Notes: generated by a model not told the origin, from the sequence alone. Positions 29,061 through 38,134 are shown, numbered from the stretch's first letter. The stretch is DNA of 64,000 nucleotides from Candidatus Bathyarchaeia archaeon (GCA_049515895.1 JBEKTQ010000021.1:32001-96000), one strand, 5' to 3'. Made by a program: numbers and translations.

Positions 29061-29663
29061 ATGAAGATGAAAAGAATTATGATTTTGGTCTTCTCATTGG
29101 CTTTGGTTGTGGTGTTTGCTGCGTCTACGCCTGCTTTAGCATGCGGGCCACATCATGAGACTTTCACATGGACAGGAATTGGAGTTGGAACCAGTCCTGG
29201 AACCGTCTATGTGGACAGTAATAAGGTTGAGCATGTAACGGGACATACTGCAGAATGGACGTACTCTGCAGCACCATGGGGGACGGGAGCGCCTACAGCC
29301 ACAAGCACAGAATATTTCACCCTTAATTTGAACACACTCACCGGAACCGATTTTGCGCTGAACGTAGGTACCTACCCAGGGGCAGGAGTCACTAATGGCG
29401 TCGCATTCATTAAATTCAATGGACTTGGCATGTTCACCTGCAATGGACCAACTGTAAGCGCTTATGGATACACAGCAACTACAGGGCACTCATACTTCGG
29501 ATTACTGAATTCGGCTGTCGCAACGCAATTCGGCACGAGCGGGACACTGAAAGGACTGTACGCGGTAACTGAATCATCTACTGGAGTAACCGTAAGTAAT
29601 CCGACAACCCACGCACCTCTGTATACCATCGCTGTCGAAACTTACACGTATTGGTTCATTTAG
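29061..29663 (+). CDS. Secreted Thr/Gly-rich beta-strand protein
   Basis: SD GGAGGTG before ATG 29061; signal peptide ending TPALA. Confidence 0.7.
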   Translation: MKMKRIMILVFSLALVVVFAASTPALACGPHHETFTWTGIGVGTSPGTVYVDSNKVEHVTGHTAEWTYSAAPWGTGAPTATSTEYFTLNLNTLTGTDFALNVGTYPGAGVTNGVAFIKFNGLGMFTCNGPTVSAYGYTATTGHSYFGLLNSAVATQFGTSGTLKGLYAVTESSTGVTVSNPTTHAPLYTIAVETYTYWFI

Positions 29664-29887
29664 CAAGACGAACCTGTGTGAACAAGTCTGGATAGAGAAA
29701 ATAGGAATTAACCCAATTTTTTTCTTTCTCATAGGCTTTTTCTACGCTGTGCAGATCTGATTTATTTTCATGAAAACTTTTAAAATCGACTAATTGTGTA
29801 AGGTGACTGACAGGGTTGGCACGCGCACGTGTACCTGGGAGTGAGTACCTAGTCGTAAGCGTGTGCGAGTTCGAGAGAGAGAGAGAA

Positions 29888-29904
29888 AGATTAAAACTTA
29901 ATCC
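29888..29904. repeat. 17-bp palindrome copy E (AGATTAAAACTTAATCC)
   Basis: Preceded by (GA)n and followed by TACACACAC, like copy A. Confidence 0.75.
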
Positions 29905-30148
29905 TACACACACCTTTTACGCTTTCTGAAGGTTTGCGGAATTTTTTATTGAGGTTGATTTGGATAGAAATAATGTGGTGTTGGTATTTGTTGGTAGTAT
30001 TCTTTTGAAGAAGAAAGTTTTTGCGCTCTCTTCACTGTTTTGCGCAAATAATTATTCTAAATATGTTTTCTAGGTTAACACACCTTTTTAAGCACCATTG
30101 GATTTTAGTTCAATCAACAAGAATCACGTGATTATTAAGATTTAAGAG

Positions 30149-31090
30149 ATGGAAATTAGCGTGCTAACGAAGCCAAGCGTCCAAATTGAAGAAATGGCAT
30201 GTTTCATGGACGCCTGCTATAAAGGAAAGGTTTCAGTTAATTCGAAAATAAAACTGAAAGACTTTGATTCTGGGTGGGCGCAAAATGAAGAAGCCAAATT
30301 CTTGGGAAAAGGCAAATTAAAGGAAATGGCTAATACACTGTTAGAGCAGAACCGCCGAGAATTGGCGAAAGCGCAGGAGTTGCTTTATGCAAATAATACT
30401 TACGCTTTGCTTGTGATCTTGCAAGGTATGGATGCAGCGGGCAAAGATGGCATTATCAAACATGTAATGTCGGGAGTTAACCCGCAAGGTTGTCAGGTAA
30501 CTAGTTTTAAGCAGCCGTCTATTATGGAGTTAGAGCATAATTTTTTATGGCGACAGGTTGTGGCTTTACCTGAAAAAGGCAAGATTGGCATCTTTAACAG
30601 ATCATACTACGAAGAAGTCTTGATTGTTAAAGTTCATAGAAATCTTTTAGAAAACCAAAATCTTCCGGCGAGAAAATATAACAGCGAGTTTTGGAAAAAC
30701 CGCTATGAGGATATAGCAAATTTTGAACATCATCTTGTTCGAAATGGAACAGTGATTCTAAAGTTTTTTTTGCATATTTCCAAAAATGAACAGGAAAAAC
30801 GCTTAGTTGAACGATTAAACAACCCTGACAAATATTGGAAATTTTCGGATACTGACATTAAAGAAAGGGATTATTGGGATGATTACATGAAAGCTTATGA
30901 GGACATGATAAACAATACAAGCACGAAATGGGCGCCTTGGTATATTATTCCAGCAGACTATAAATGGCTAGCTCGTTCACTAGTTGCCGACATAATGACC
31001 ACAAGCATACTGTCTTTGGGGATCAAATTTCCCATGTTGAGTGAGCAACAATTTGAAGCAATTGAAGAAGCCAAAAGAAAACTTGAATGA
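30149..31090 (+). CDS. ppk2: Polyphosphate kinase 2 family (polyphosphate:nucleotide phosphotransferase)
   Basis: QGMDAAGKDG, GVNPQG, FNRSYYE, KFFLHISK, APWYIIPAD.KW. The true start may lie slightly downstream. Confidence 0.93.
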   Translation: MEISVLTKPSVQIEEMACFMDACYKGKVSVNSKIKLKDFDSGWAQNEEAKFLGKGKLKEMANTLLEQNRRELAKAQELLYANNTYALLVILQGMDAAGKDGIIKHVMSGVNPQGCQVTSFKQPSIMELEHNFLWRQVVALPEKGKIGIFNRSYYEEVLIVKVHRNLLENQNLPARKYNSEFWKNRYEDIANFEHHLVRNGTVILKFFLHISKNEQEKRLVERLNNPDKYWKFSDTDIKERDYWDDYMKAYEDMINNTSTKWAPWYIIPADYKWLARSLVADIMTTSILSLGIKFPMLSEQQFEAIEEAKRKLE

Positions 31091-31169
31091 GCATCATAAT
31101 AGTAGACATGATAAGTTATCATTCTAGAAGCAGGCAGGTTTCGTTGGTGACAGATTCAAGCGGTTGTTT

Positions 31170-31186
31170 GGATTAAAATCTAATTC
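31170..31186. repeat. 17-bp palindrome copy F (GGATTAAAATCTAATTC)
   Basis: Preceded by TTGTTT and followed by TCTTTTC. Confidence 0.6.
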
Positions 31187-31215
31187 TCTTTTTCATTTGT
31201 TTTGTTGTTCTCCCC

Positions 31216-32325
31216 GTGGCTAGACCATTACCAATAAATCGTTCAGCTACTTCTTTTTGGCACGGTCGTTTGACCAAGTTGGAACAAGAAAACTTCAGCC
31301 TATATCCAAATCTAATTCGTGTTTCAACGGGCACCGCCATAGTTCTCGGGTTGCTACAAGGCAAGCTAGATGCTGAGCCTTCAACGGCATACTTGATGAC
31401 TTACAGGAACGGCAAGTGCACGGCTAACTGTGGCTTCTGTCCTCAAGCTCGCGGCAGCAAGAGCAGCGCAGAGTTGCTTTCCAGGGTTACTTGGCCAACC
31501 TTTTCAACTCCTAAAGTTTTGTCGGCACTCGGAGACAGGTTCAGGAAAGGCAAAATCAAGAGGGTCTGCATTCAAGCCTTAAATTACCCTGAAGTTTTCG
31601 CGCATCTAGAAGCCCTCGTCAAAGAAATAAAAAGGAATGCAGCAGTTCAGGTTTCGGTTTCCTGCCAGCCTCTGAGCAGAACAAATATTGAGCTTTTGGC
31701 GAAAGCAGGCGTTGACAGGTTAGGGGTAGCTTTCGATGCGGCAACCGAGCCACTTTTTGACCAAGTTAAGGGTAAAGGTGCAGGAGGCCCTTACAGCTGG
31801 AGTAACCAGTTCCAAATGCTAGCTGAGGCTTTAGCGGTTTTTGGAAAGGGAAATGTCAGTACACATGTTATTGTTGGGCTCGGCGAGATTGAACAGGAAG
31901 CGGTACAGCTAATTCAGAAGTCCGTTGACATGGGTGTTTTGCCTGCTCTTTTTGCTTTCACCCCCGTTCGTGGAACCTCGCTCGAAAAGAATTCGCCGCC
32001 GCCGTTGGAGTCTTACAGGCGAATGCAGCTTGCCAGATTCTTGATTACTAAGGGATCAACGCGAACTGAATGCATGCGCTTTGATGATGAAGGCAGGATT
32101 GCAAGCTTTGGTTTGGAGAAAGAAGCGTTAGAAGAGGCGGTTTTGTCAGGTAAACCTTTTCTGACCTCGGGCTGTCCAGACTGCAATCGACCGTTCTACA
32201 ATGAAAAACCCAGCGGACCCATCTACAACTATCCTCGGAAACTGACGGATGAGGAGTTGGAATTTGTTATGTGGCAATTCGCGGGTTTTTTTAGCTCCGC
32301 CATTGGCAAAAGACTATTTGGGTAG
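31216..32325 (+). CDS. lipS2: Radical SAM protein, LipS2-type lipoyl synthase subunit
   Basis: CTANCGFC plus C-terminal TSGCPDCNRP, matching the TxGCPxC(N/D)RP motif of LipS2. Start probably ~20 codons downstream. Confidence 0.75.
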   Translation: MARPLPINRSATSFWHGRLTKLEQENFSLYPNLIRVSTGTAIVLGLLQGKLDAEPSTAYLMTYRNGKCTANCGFCPQARGSKSSAELLSRVTWPTFSTPKVLSALGDRFRKGKIKRVCIQALNYPEVFAHLEALVKEIKRNAAVQVSVSCQPLSRTNIELLAKAGVDRLGVAFDAATEPLFDQVKGKGAGGPYSWSNQFQMLAEALAVFGKGNVSTHVIVGLGEIEQEAVQLIQKSVDMGVLPALFAFTPVRGTSLEKNSPPPLESYRRMQLARFLITKGSTRTECMRFDDEGRIASFGLEKEALEEAVLSGKPFLTSGCPDCNRPFYNEKPSGPIYNYPRKLTDEELEFVMWQFAGFFSSAIGKRLFG

Positions 32326-32344
32326 TTGCGGTTTTGAGTGCTGT

Positions 32345-33709
32345 TTACGCTATTAGTTGATCAGCTGCTTGTGAGGCTTTATTTTCGTTTTTGGGTAGTT
32401 TCGGTTTCTGCCTTGTCACTTGCTCAACAAGTCGCCAGAACTCATCCATCGTGTAACCCTTAAGCAGGTCCTTCATAAGCCGCTTCACTTGATAATACGT
32501 CATTTGGGCTTCGCCTTTGTCCAGGCTTTCCTGTGGACCTTTGATGCGGCGGAAAAGCTCATCCATTTGGCGAGGAGACGCACGAACCCCGGCTTTCTCC
32601 AAAAGTTTCTGAATCAGCGTTTGACCTGTGCTTCTGCCTATGAAAATCGTGGTTTCTCTGCCTACGATTTCAGGAGGGAAAGGCTCGTAAAGCAGGGGTT
32701 GAGCCATCATTTCCTCCACGTCTTCCTCCACCTCATGAGTAAAAATGTTTTCGCCGATTATGGGTTTATGGAATTGGATTGGTAGGGCGAAGGCTTTTTC
32801 TGCAGCCTGAGCGACGCGGTAAATCTTACCCATATCTATGCCTGTGTCAATATTGTAAAGAAGTTCTGCCCCTGTTACAACCTCTTCGAAGGGGGCTATT
32901 CCAGCCCGTTCCCCGAATCCGGCTATGCATGTGTGCAGGTATGCGACGCCTTCTTCCATGGCGGCTAAGGTGTTAGCTGTCGCCAAGCCGAAATCGTTGT
33001 GACAGTGAATTGACAACGGGACTTTGTTTCGTATCGAATCAGGTAACCCATCGCGAACATGAGCCATTAGGTAACGCATTGAAAGCGGTCTGATGAATCC
33101 GACGCTATCAGCTATTCCCAGGCTTTTTGCTCCAGCTTTAGCCGCAACCCCAAAAACCTCCAATATATCTTCGAGCACTGTTCGGGTGCCGTCCACAAGC
33201 ACGAAGTCCACGGCTGCTCCACGTGTCTTCGCGTAGTCTATGCCTTCAGAAAGTCTCTGCAGAGCCTGGGCCTTAGTTAGTTTAAGTTTGTACTGCAGGT
33301 TTAAGCCGTTAACGGGTGTTTCAATTGTTATTTCTTTGATTCCACACTCTAAGCAGGCGTTGATGCTGTTTTTAGTCGGTTCAGCTGAAGCGGTAAGCTT
33401 AACGCTACTAAAACTTTCATTTACGATGCGTTTGACATTGCGTTTTTCATCTTCAGACAAAGCAGGAAATCCAACGTTGATTTTAGCTACTCCTGCCTCA
33501 TCCATCAGTTTTGCAAGCCTAACCTGCTCTGAGTAAGTTAAATAAACCGTTGGCGCCTTAATGCCTTCTCGAAAAGTTTCATCCCAAATAAAGGCGCGGT
33601 CAGGAAGTTTGGGGGGCAAATTCTTTCTTAGGCGGTTGTAATTTGCGATTAGCCCTTGGGCTTCCAGCTTCTTAAATATGGTCTTCCTCATCCAGACACA
33701 ATCCAACAA
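32345..33709 (-). CDS. Isopropylmalate/homocitrate/citramalate synthase family (DRE-TIM) protein with divergent motifs
   Basis: DETFREG, GFPA, ADSVG, HCHNDFGLATAN, GFGERAG. Confidence 0.85.
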   Translation of the reverse strand: MLDCVWMRKTIFKKLEAQGLIANYNRLRKNLPPKLPDRAFIWDETFREGIKAPTVYLTYSEQVRLAKLMDEAGVAKINVGFPALSEDEKRNVKRIVNESFSSVKLTASAEPTKNSINACLECGIKEITIETPVNGLNLQYKLKLTKAQALQRLSEGIDYAKTRGAAVDFVLVDGTRTVLEDILEVFGVAAKAGAKSLGIADSVGFIRPLSMRYLMAHVRDGLPDSIRNKVPLSIHCHNDFGLATANTLAAMEEGVAYLHTCIAGFGERAGIAPFEEVVTGAELLYNIDTGIDMGKIYRVAQAAEKAFALPIQFHKPIIGENIFTHEVEEDVEEMMAQPLLYEPFPPEIVGRETTIFIGRSTGQTLIQKLLEKAGVRASPRQMDELFRRIKGPQESLDKGEAQMTYYQVKRLMKDLLKGYTMDEFWRLVEQVTRQKPKLPKNENKASQAADQLIA

Positions 33710-33930
33710 TATGAACGTTAAACCGTATGTTTAATCTGCGAATTCCTATATAAAAACTACATTAACAACCCTTCGACGCCCTTTTCTCGTTTTGACCTAA
33801 ACAGTTCTCTATTTATTTTTGTAAACGTTTTCCAAGGTGTTTTTTCACTGATAGTTTTCTGAAAAAAGATTGTTTTGCAAAAGTTTTAAGTGTACAAAGG
33901 GTAATGTATAACCGCCAAGGGGTAACAGGA

Positions 33931-34113
33931 ATGAGTAGCCTTCAAAACACAATCATGAAAATTAAGAATTTAGAAGCTGAGAAAAAAAGTCTTCTTTCTG
34001 AAATTGACGAACTAAATAAAATGGCTGATGCAAAAGCTTCCGACTTGGAGGCTGAGGTGGCTTCTCTGCGGGAAGAGGCTAAAACGCTTAAGACTCTGAT
34101 AGGACAAGGGTGA
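33931..34113 (+). CDS. Small coiled-coil protein
   Basis: Continuous heptads (IKNLEAEKKSLLSEIDELNK...); TATA AAAAGTTTTAAG upstream. Confidence 0.7.
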   Translation: MSSLQNTIMKIKNLEAEKKSLLSEIDELNKMADAKASDLEAEVASLREEAKTLKTLIGQG

Positions 34114-34184
34114 CAAAGTCAGCAGCCAAGCGTAAGCCAGCTCAAGTTGATTAGAATTTCAGCGGCTTGTAACGCTCGTTACGG

Positions 34185-35039
34185 TCACTGAGATTCAACC
34201 GCTGGTGGCGTTCTTTGCAGAAGTGTGTTTACTGCATTCGATAACCCATTGCAGGCCGCTTGCCGTGGTTCAACGGAGGTGTCAGTTTCAAGTTTTTCAA
34301 GCGCCTTGTGCAGACTCTCAATTTTATCTGTAATTTCCTGCTTCTTTTTCTCGTAGCTGTCATGCAGTTTCTCTTGGTCAGCTGTAAAACTTGAAAGTGT
34401 CACTTCCAACTCCGCTTTTTTGGATTTTAGCTCCTGCCTTGTCTTGGCGAGATTTTCCGCCGCCTTTCTTCGAGCATTAAACTTATAGAAGCTGATTTTG
34501 ATTTCTTCCTGGCTTGCCACGTCATCTTCCAAGTCACGGATTTCGGTGCTTAAACGCTGAACGTCCGCATTTCGTTTGAAGCTTAGCTGCCTCGTTTTCT
34601 CAGCATATTCTTTGTCGGTTTCCACTAGAAGATGATTGTTATCAACTAGCTCCTTTGCTTCCCCAGTGAGGCTTGATTCTTGAACCCTTTTCTCGGCGAG
34701 CGCAGCTTCTACGTCCAAGAAAATCTGCGCACGCTCCTTAACAAACTGCTCGTCAGCTTTTATGTTAGGACTTGATTCGAATTCTAAGACGACTTGCCGG
34801 AGGTTCACGAGCCAAGGATCAAAGTATTGGCTGAAGGGTGAAAGGGCAAAAATCTGATTTCCAAGCCTACTTAAGCTGCCCAGCGTTTTTTCAACAGCAT
34901 CTTTGGCTGAAACTTGCGTTTCTTCTTCCAGATATTTGCCGCCGCTACGCTGTTTTTTCTCTTTCGATTTCTTCTCATGCGCAGATTTAGAGAACTGATG
35001 GGTGTTCCGACGTGAACCCGTTTGAGATCTGTAAGTCAT
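34185..35039 (-). CDS. Long coiled-coil hypothetical protein
   Basis: All-helical and K/E-rich; follows cdvC on the same strand. Confidence 0.8.
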   Translation of the reverse strand: MTYRSQTGSRRNTHQFSKSAHEKKSKEKKQRSGGKYLEEETQVSAKDAVEKTLGSLSRLGNQIFALSPFSQYFDPWLVNLRQVVLEFESSPNIKADEQFVKERAQIFLDVEAALAEKRVQESSLTGEAKELVDNNHLLVETDKEYAEKTRQLSFKRNADVQRLSTEIRDLEDDVASQEEIKISFYKFNARRKAAENLAKTRQELKSKKAELEVTLSSFTADQEKLHDSYEKKKQEITDKIESLHKALEKLETDTSVEPRQAACNGLSNAVNTLLQRTPPAVESQ

Positions 35040-35164
35040 AAACACACCAAAGTACAAGAAATATTTAAACAATAACTGTCCTTCAAAAAAAGTCCCGCTT
35101 CGCCAACATACAAAGTTTCGGTTACCCCTTTGTTCCTCACTCTAAGTTTAGTCAGGGAATTTAT

Positions 35165-35250
35165 TGGGTTGTGGGGTTTGGAGATAACTTGAGGGGGAGA
35201 AGGGAGAGCGTGCGAAAAATATAATTCTCCAAACCTTTCCACCCAACCCA
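35165..35250. other. Long imperfect inverted repeat (hairpin) downstream of cdvC
   Basis: TGGGTTG/CAACCCA outer arms and GGTTTGGAGA/TCTCCAAACC inner arms. Confidence 0.6.
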
Positions 35251-35281
35251 TTGTTTCGGTTTTGTTTTTGGCCCTCCGTGA

Positions 35282-36460
35282 CTATAAGGCTTTGAAAGCC
35301 TCGAACCACCTGTTGTATGCAGTTAACATGTCCAGTGAAACGCTTGGTTTGCGCTCTTCGAGGATTTGACGGAAGTCACTCATCGTTAAAGCTCTCGGAG
35401 TTGCTGCTTTGTCCATTGCTTTGCCTGACTCGAAGAATTCTCCGATTAGTGACAACTGTGCTGACTGGCAAACGTCACGTATGTCGCTTCCTGAGAAGCC
35501 TTCAGAAAGCCGCGCCAACTCGTCGAGGTCTACGTCGGAAGCTGTTTGCAGGTTGCTTGAGTAGACTCTAAACATGTTTAGCCGTGTGGAATGGTCCGCC
35601 AGCGGTACAAGAATTCTCTTCTGGAACCGCCTGATAAACGCCCAATCAAGATCCCATGGCTTGTTCGTTGCACCTATAACGTAAACATGCAGGTTCTTAC
35701 CTTTGTCAACTATGCCGTCCATTTCTTTTAGGAACTGGTTGCGGACGCGAATTTCTCCGCCGACCTCGTTTGTGTGAGCTCCCATTAACGAGTCTAATTC
35801 GTCAACGAACACTATTGCTGGTTTGCCGTCGGTTGCGGATTTACGCGCGGAACCAAAAAGTTTAGCGACGTTCTGTTCCGCTTCCCCAAGCCACTTGGAC
35901 ATAATTGATGCTGCATCAATGGAGTAGAAGTTAGCATCGATCTCTGTTGCAACCGCCGCCGCCAAGAGCGTTTTTCCGCAGCCTGGTGGACCAAAAAGCA
36001 GTATGCCTCGAGGCCAGCCTAAGGGGAACAGGTCAGGTCTTTGAACTGGGTAAACGATGGCTTCTTTGACTGCTTTTTTAGCAACGTCTAAACCTACCAC
36101 TTCATCCCAGTTAACCTTGGGTTTCTCAGTAAGAACGAGTTCTTCGTTATTCGTCTTGGAGACGCTGCTGCCCTCCATCGTTGCTGCTCCGCCTCCCCCG
36201 TCATTGTTGCTTGCTTCGTTCATTTCAGCTGAGGAAACGGCTCCTTGCAACGCTTTGATTCTTTCCTGATAGGCGATTGCTCGCTGAACATATACTTTGT
36301 TTAAACCGTATTCAGGATAAAGCTGGACAAGTTGCAGGAGGGCTTCGATTGCTTTTTGGTAAAGTGTTATGGCTCTACCTCTTTGCCCCTGCTTATCTAA
36401 ACGCACAGCATCCAAGGCGTATGCTGTTGCTGCTTTCTCAAGTTCGTTTGAAGCGCTCAT
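35282..36460 (-). CDS. cdvC: Vps4-like AAA ATPase CdvC (MIT + AAA)
   Basis: N-terminal MIT (AVRLDKQG...AITLYQKAIE); GPPGCGKT, IMSKWLGE, FVDELD, ATNKPWDLD.AFIRRF. Confidence 0.95.
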   Translation of the reverse strand: MSASNELEKAATAYALDAVRLDKQGQRGRAITLYQKAIEALLQLVQLYPEYGLNKVYVQRAIAYQERIKALQGAVSSAEMNEASNNDGGGGAATMEGSSVSKTNNEELVLTEKPKVNWDEVVGLDVAKKAVKEAIVYPVQRPDLFPLGWPRGILLFGPPGCGKTLLAAAVATEIDANFYSIDAASIMSKWLGEAEQNVAKLFGSARKSATDGKPAIVFVDELDSLMGAHTNEVGGEIRVRNQFLKEMDGIVDKGKNLHVYVIGATNKPWDLDWAFIRRFQKRILVPLADHSTRLNMFRVYSSNLQTASDVDLDELARLSEGFSGSDIRDVCQSAQLSLIGEFFESGKAMDKAATPRALTMSDFRQILEERKPSVSLDMLTAYNRWFEAFKAL

Positions 36461-36479
36461 TTATTCTCTCTCCTTTCGC

Positions 36480-37421
36480 CTATTCTGGCGATTTTAACTC
36501 GATTTTTATTTTGCCCTTTGTTCCTAAACTTTCTAGGGCACGTTCAATTTCTTCGTTTGAAGTTTGAAGTTCATTTGAACATCGACTGAGATCGATTTCC
36601 CCGTTAGTTTTGCGGACGTACTCCATCAGGATATCTTCTAGTGCCGAGTTCTGAACCTTGAGCGAGAACTCCTTTATTTCCTGCTTTTTGTAGGAAAACA
36701 GAGCCTTCGTCGGGTCAAACCCGGTTTCCTCAGTGGTTTTGTGCCCGATCAATTGGGAAGAAGTTGCGGTAAGTGCAACCAACTCCTTGATTGGTGTTTT
36801 TTCCTTAACTGCTGGGGCTCCAATAGGGGGTTCGGGAAGTGTTTCAGCAATTTTCTGCTGCATGAACGATGTAACTTCTTTAAGTATTTCTTCGCCGCCC
36901 TCCGTCTTTTTTCCGACAGGAATCAGATTTTCGTCAGTCGTGATTTTCGCAGCATGCAATGTATCCTGGATTGCCGTGTTAACGCTATCTAGTTCCGAAC
37001 TGACGTCAGGGAGAACCTGGAACAGTTCTTGGGAAACGCCTTGCAGCAAACGCAGGGCGGGCTTCAGGTCAGTAACGATGTCGCCAAGTTCCCTAATAGT
37101 CTCAAGCCGCATGATTACTCGGTCAATAGCTAACTGGACGTTGTAGAGAAATTTTACAAGTTTTCTGACTTCAGCCAGTTCAGTCGCGCATATGGCTGCT
37201 TTTTCGCGGTTATTCTTTTTCAAGGCGCCCATGCACGATTCAAAAAGTATCCGGTCTCTTTCTTTAAGGCGGAAGCCTGCCTGTTCAAGTTTGCCTTGTT
37301 GAACCTTAAGGGTGGTGATTGATTTAGTGGCGACTTCGCGGACTGGCGGGGGGGTTGGGTTGCTTAGTACTTTGATGCCTTGTCCCTCCCCCAGGCGTCT
37401 CCACTTTGTTTTGGCGTTTAA
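36480..37421 (-). CDS. cdvB: ESCRT-III protein CdvB with C-terminal winged-helix-like tail; start codon non-canonical or uncertain
   Basis: ELAEVRK...RLETIRELGD Snf7 core; LPEPP MIM-like segment; wH-like tail (EYVRKTNGEIDLSRCS...). The frame stays open and homologous upstream of ATG 37232 to ~37421. Confidence 0.85.
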   Translation of the reverse strand, partial: LNAKTKWRRLGEGQGIKVLSNPTPPPVREVATKSITTLKVQQGKLEQAGFRLKERDRILFESCMGALKKNNREKAAICATELAEVRKLVKFLYNVQLAIDRVIMRLETIRELGDIVTDLKPALRLLQGVSQELFQVLPDVSSELDSVNTAIQDTLHAAKITTDENLIPVGKKTEGGEEILKEVTSFMQQKIAETLPEPPIGAPAVKEKTPIKELVALTATSSQLIGHKTTEETGFDPTKALFSYKKQEIKEFSLKVQNSALEDILMEYVRKTNGEIDLSRCSNELQTSNEEIERALESLGTKGKIKIELKSPE

Positions 37422-38134
37422 ATGCCTGCTTTTCCTACTTCTTTAACGTAGACAACTACTGGAGGCTCAGGCAGTTTCTGAGCTGCAACATTCACCTGTT
37501 CAGCATATGTTTTTGATCTCTGAAGGGAATCCTGGGTGTCGCCTAGGAGCACGCTTGAAACTTTGCTTTTCGTTAACTCATAGTCGGTTTTCTCTGAAGT
37601 TGCACGTCTAAGAGCATCTTGAAGCGCCACAAACGCAGACTTGTAGGTTTCCTCATCTACTTTGCCGATTTCATGCTCGATTTCCAGGTTAGCGATGGCG
37701 TAGCTTAGAGATGTTATTTCTTCTTTGCAACGCTCGATTTCAACCGTGGCGTCGTCGACGATTTCCTGAGCATCTTTCCTAAGCGAAGACAGTACGTTAG
37801 TGAAGCTGTTGTGCAGGTCCTGATAGATGTCGGGGCTGATTTTTTTCTTGTCAAGAAGGTCTTTTAAGGCTTGGTCTTTGCGCCAAATTAACGGTATGTG
37901 GTCACATAAAATGCCTGATTGGGACTTGATTTTTGTTATGAACATAATTTCAGCGCCATTAAAGCGTAAGCTTTCCATGGGCTGTTTTGTAAATTGACCA
38001 TCACCAAATTCGACGTAAACTGCATCAAATTTTCCGCTTGGAGTTAATGCGAATGAAGCAATTTTACCGATGACTCGGCCATATTCGTTTTTAACGGGTT
38101 TACCAATATAAAGAAAAAGATTGGAGTTAGACAT
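37418..38134 (-). CDS. cdvA: Cell division protein CdvA
   Basis: PRC-barrel N-terminus (IGKPVKNEYGRVIGK), coiled coil, EIEHEIG, C-terminal PVVVYV ESCRT-III-binding-like peptide. Confidence 0.88.
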   Translation of the reverse strand: MSNSNLFLYIGKPVKNEYGRVIGKIASFALTPSGKFDAVYVEFGDGQFTKQPMESLRFNGAEIMFITKIKSQSGILCDHIPLIWRKDQALKDLLDKKKISPDIYQDLHNSFTNVLSSLRKDAQEIVDDATVEIERCKEEITSLSYAIANLEIEHEIGKVDEETYKSAFVALQDALRRATSEKTDYELTKSKVSSVLLGDTQDSLQRSKTYAEQVNVAAQKLPEPPVVVYVKEVGKAGI

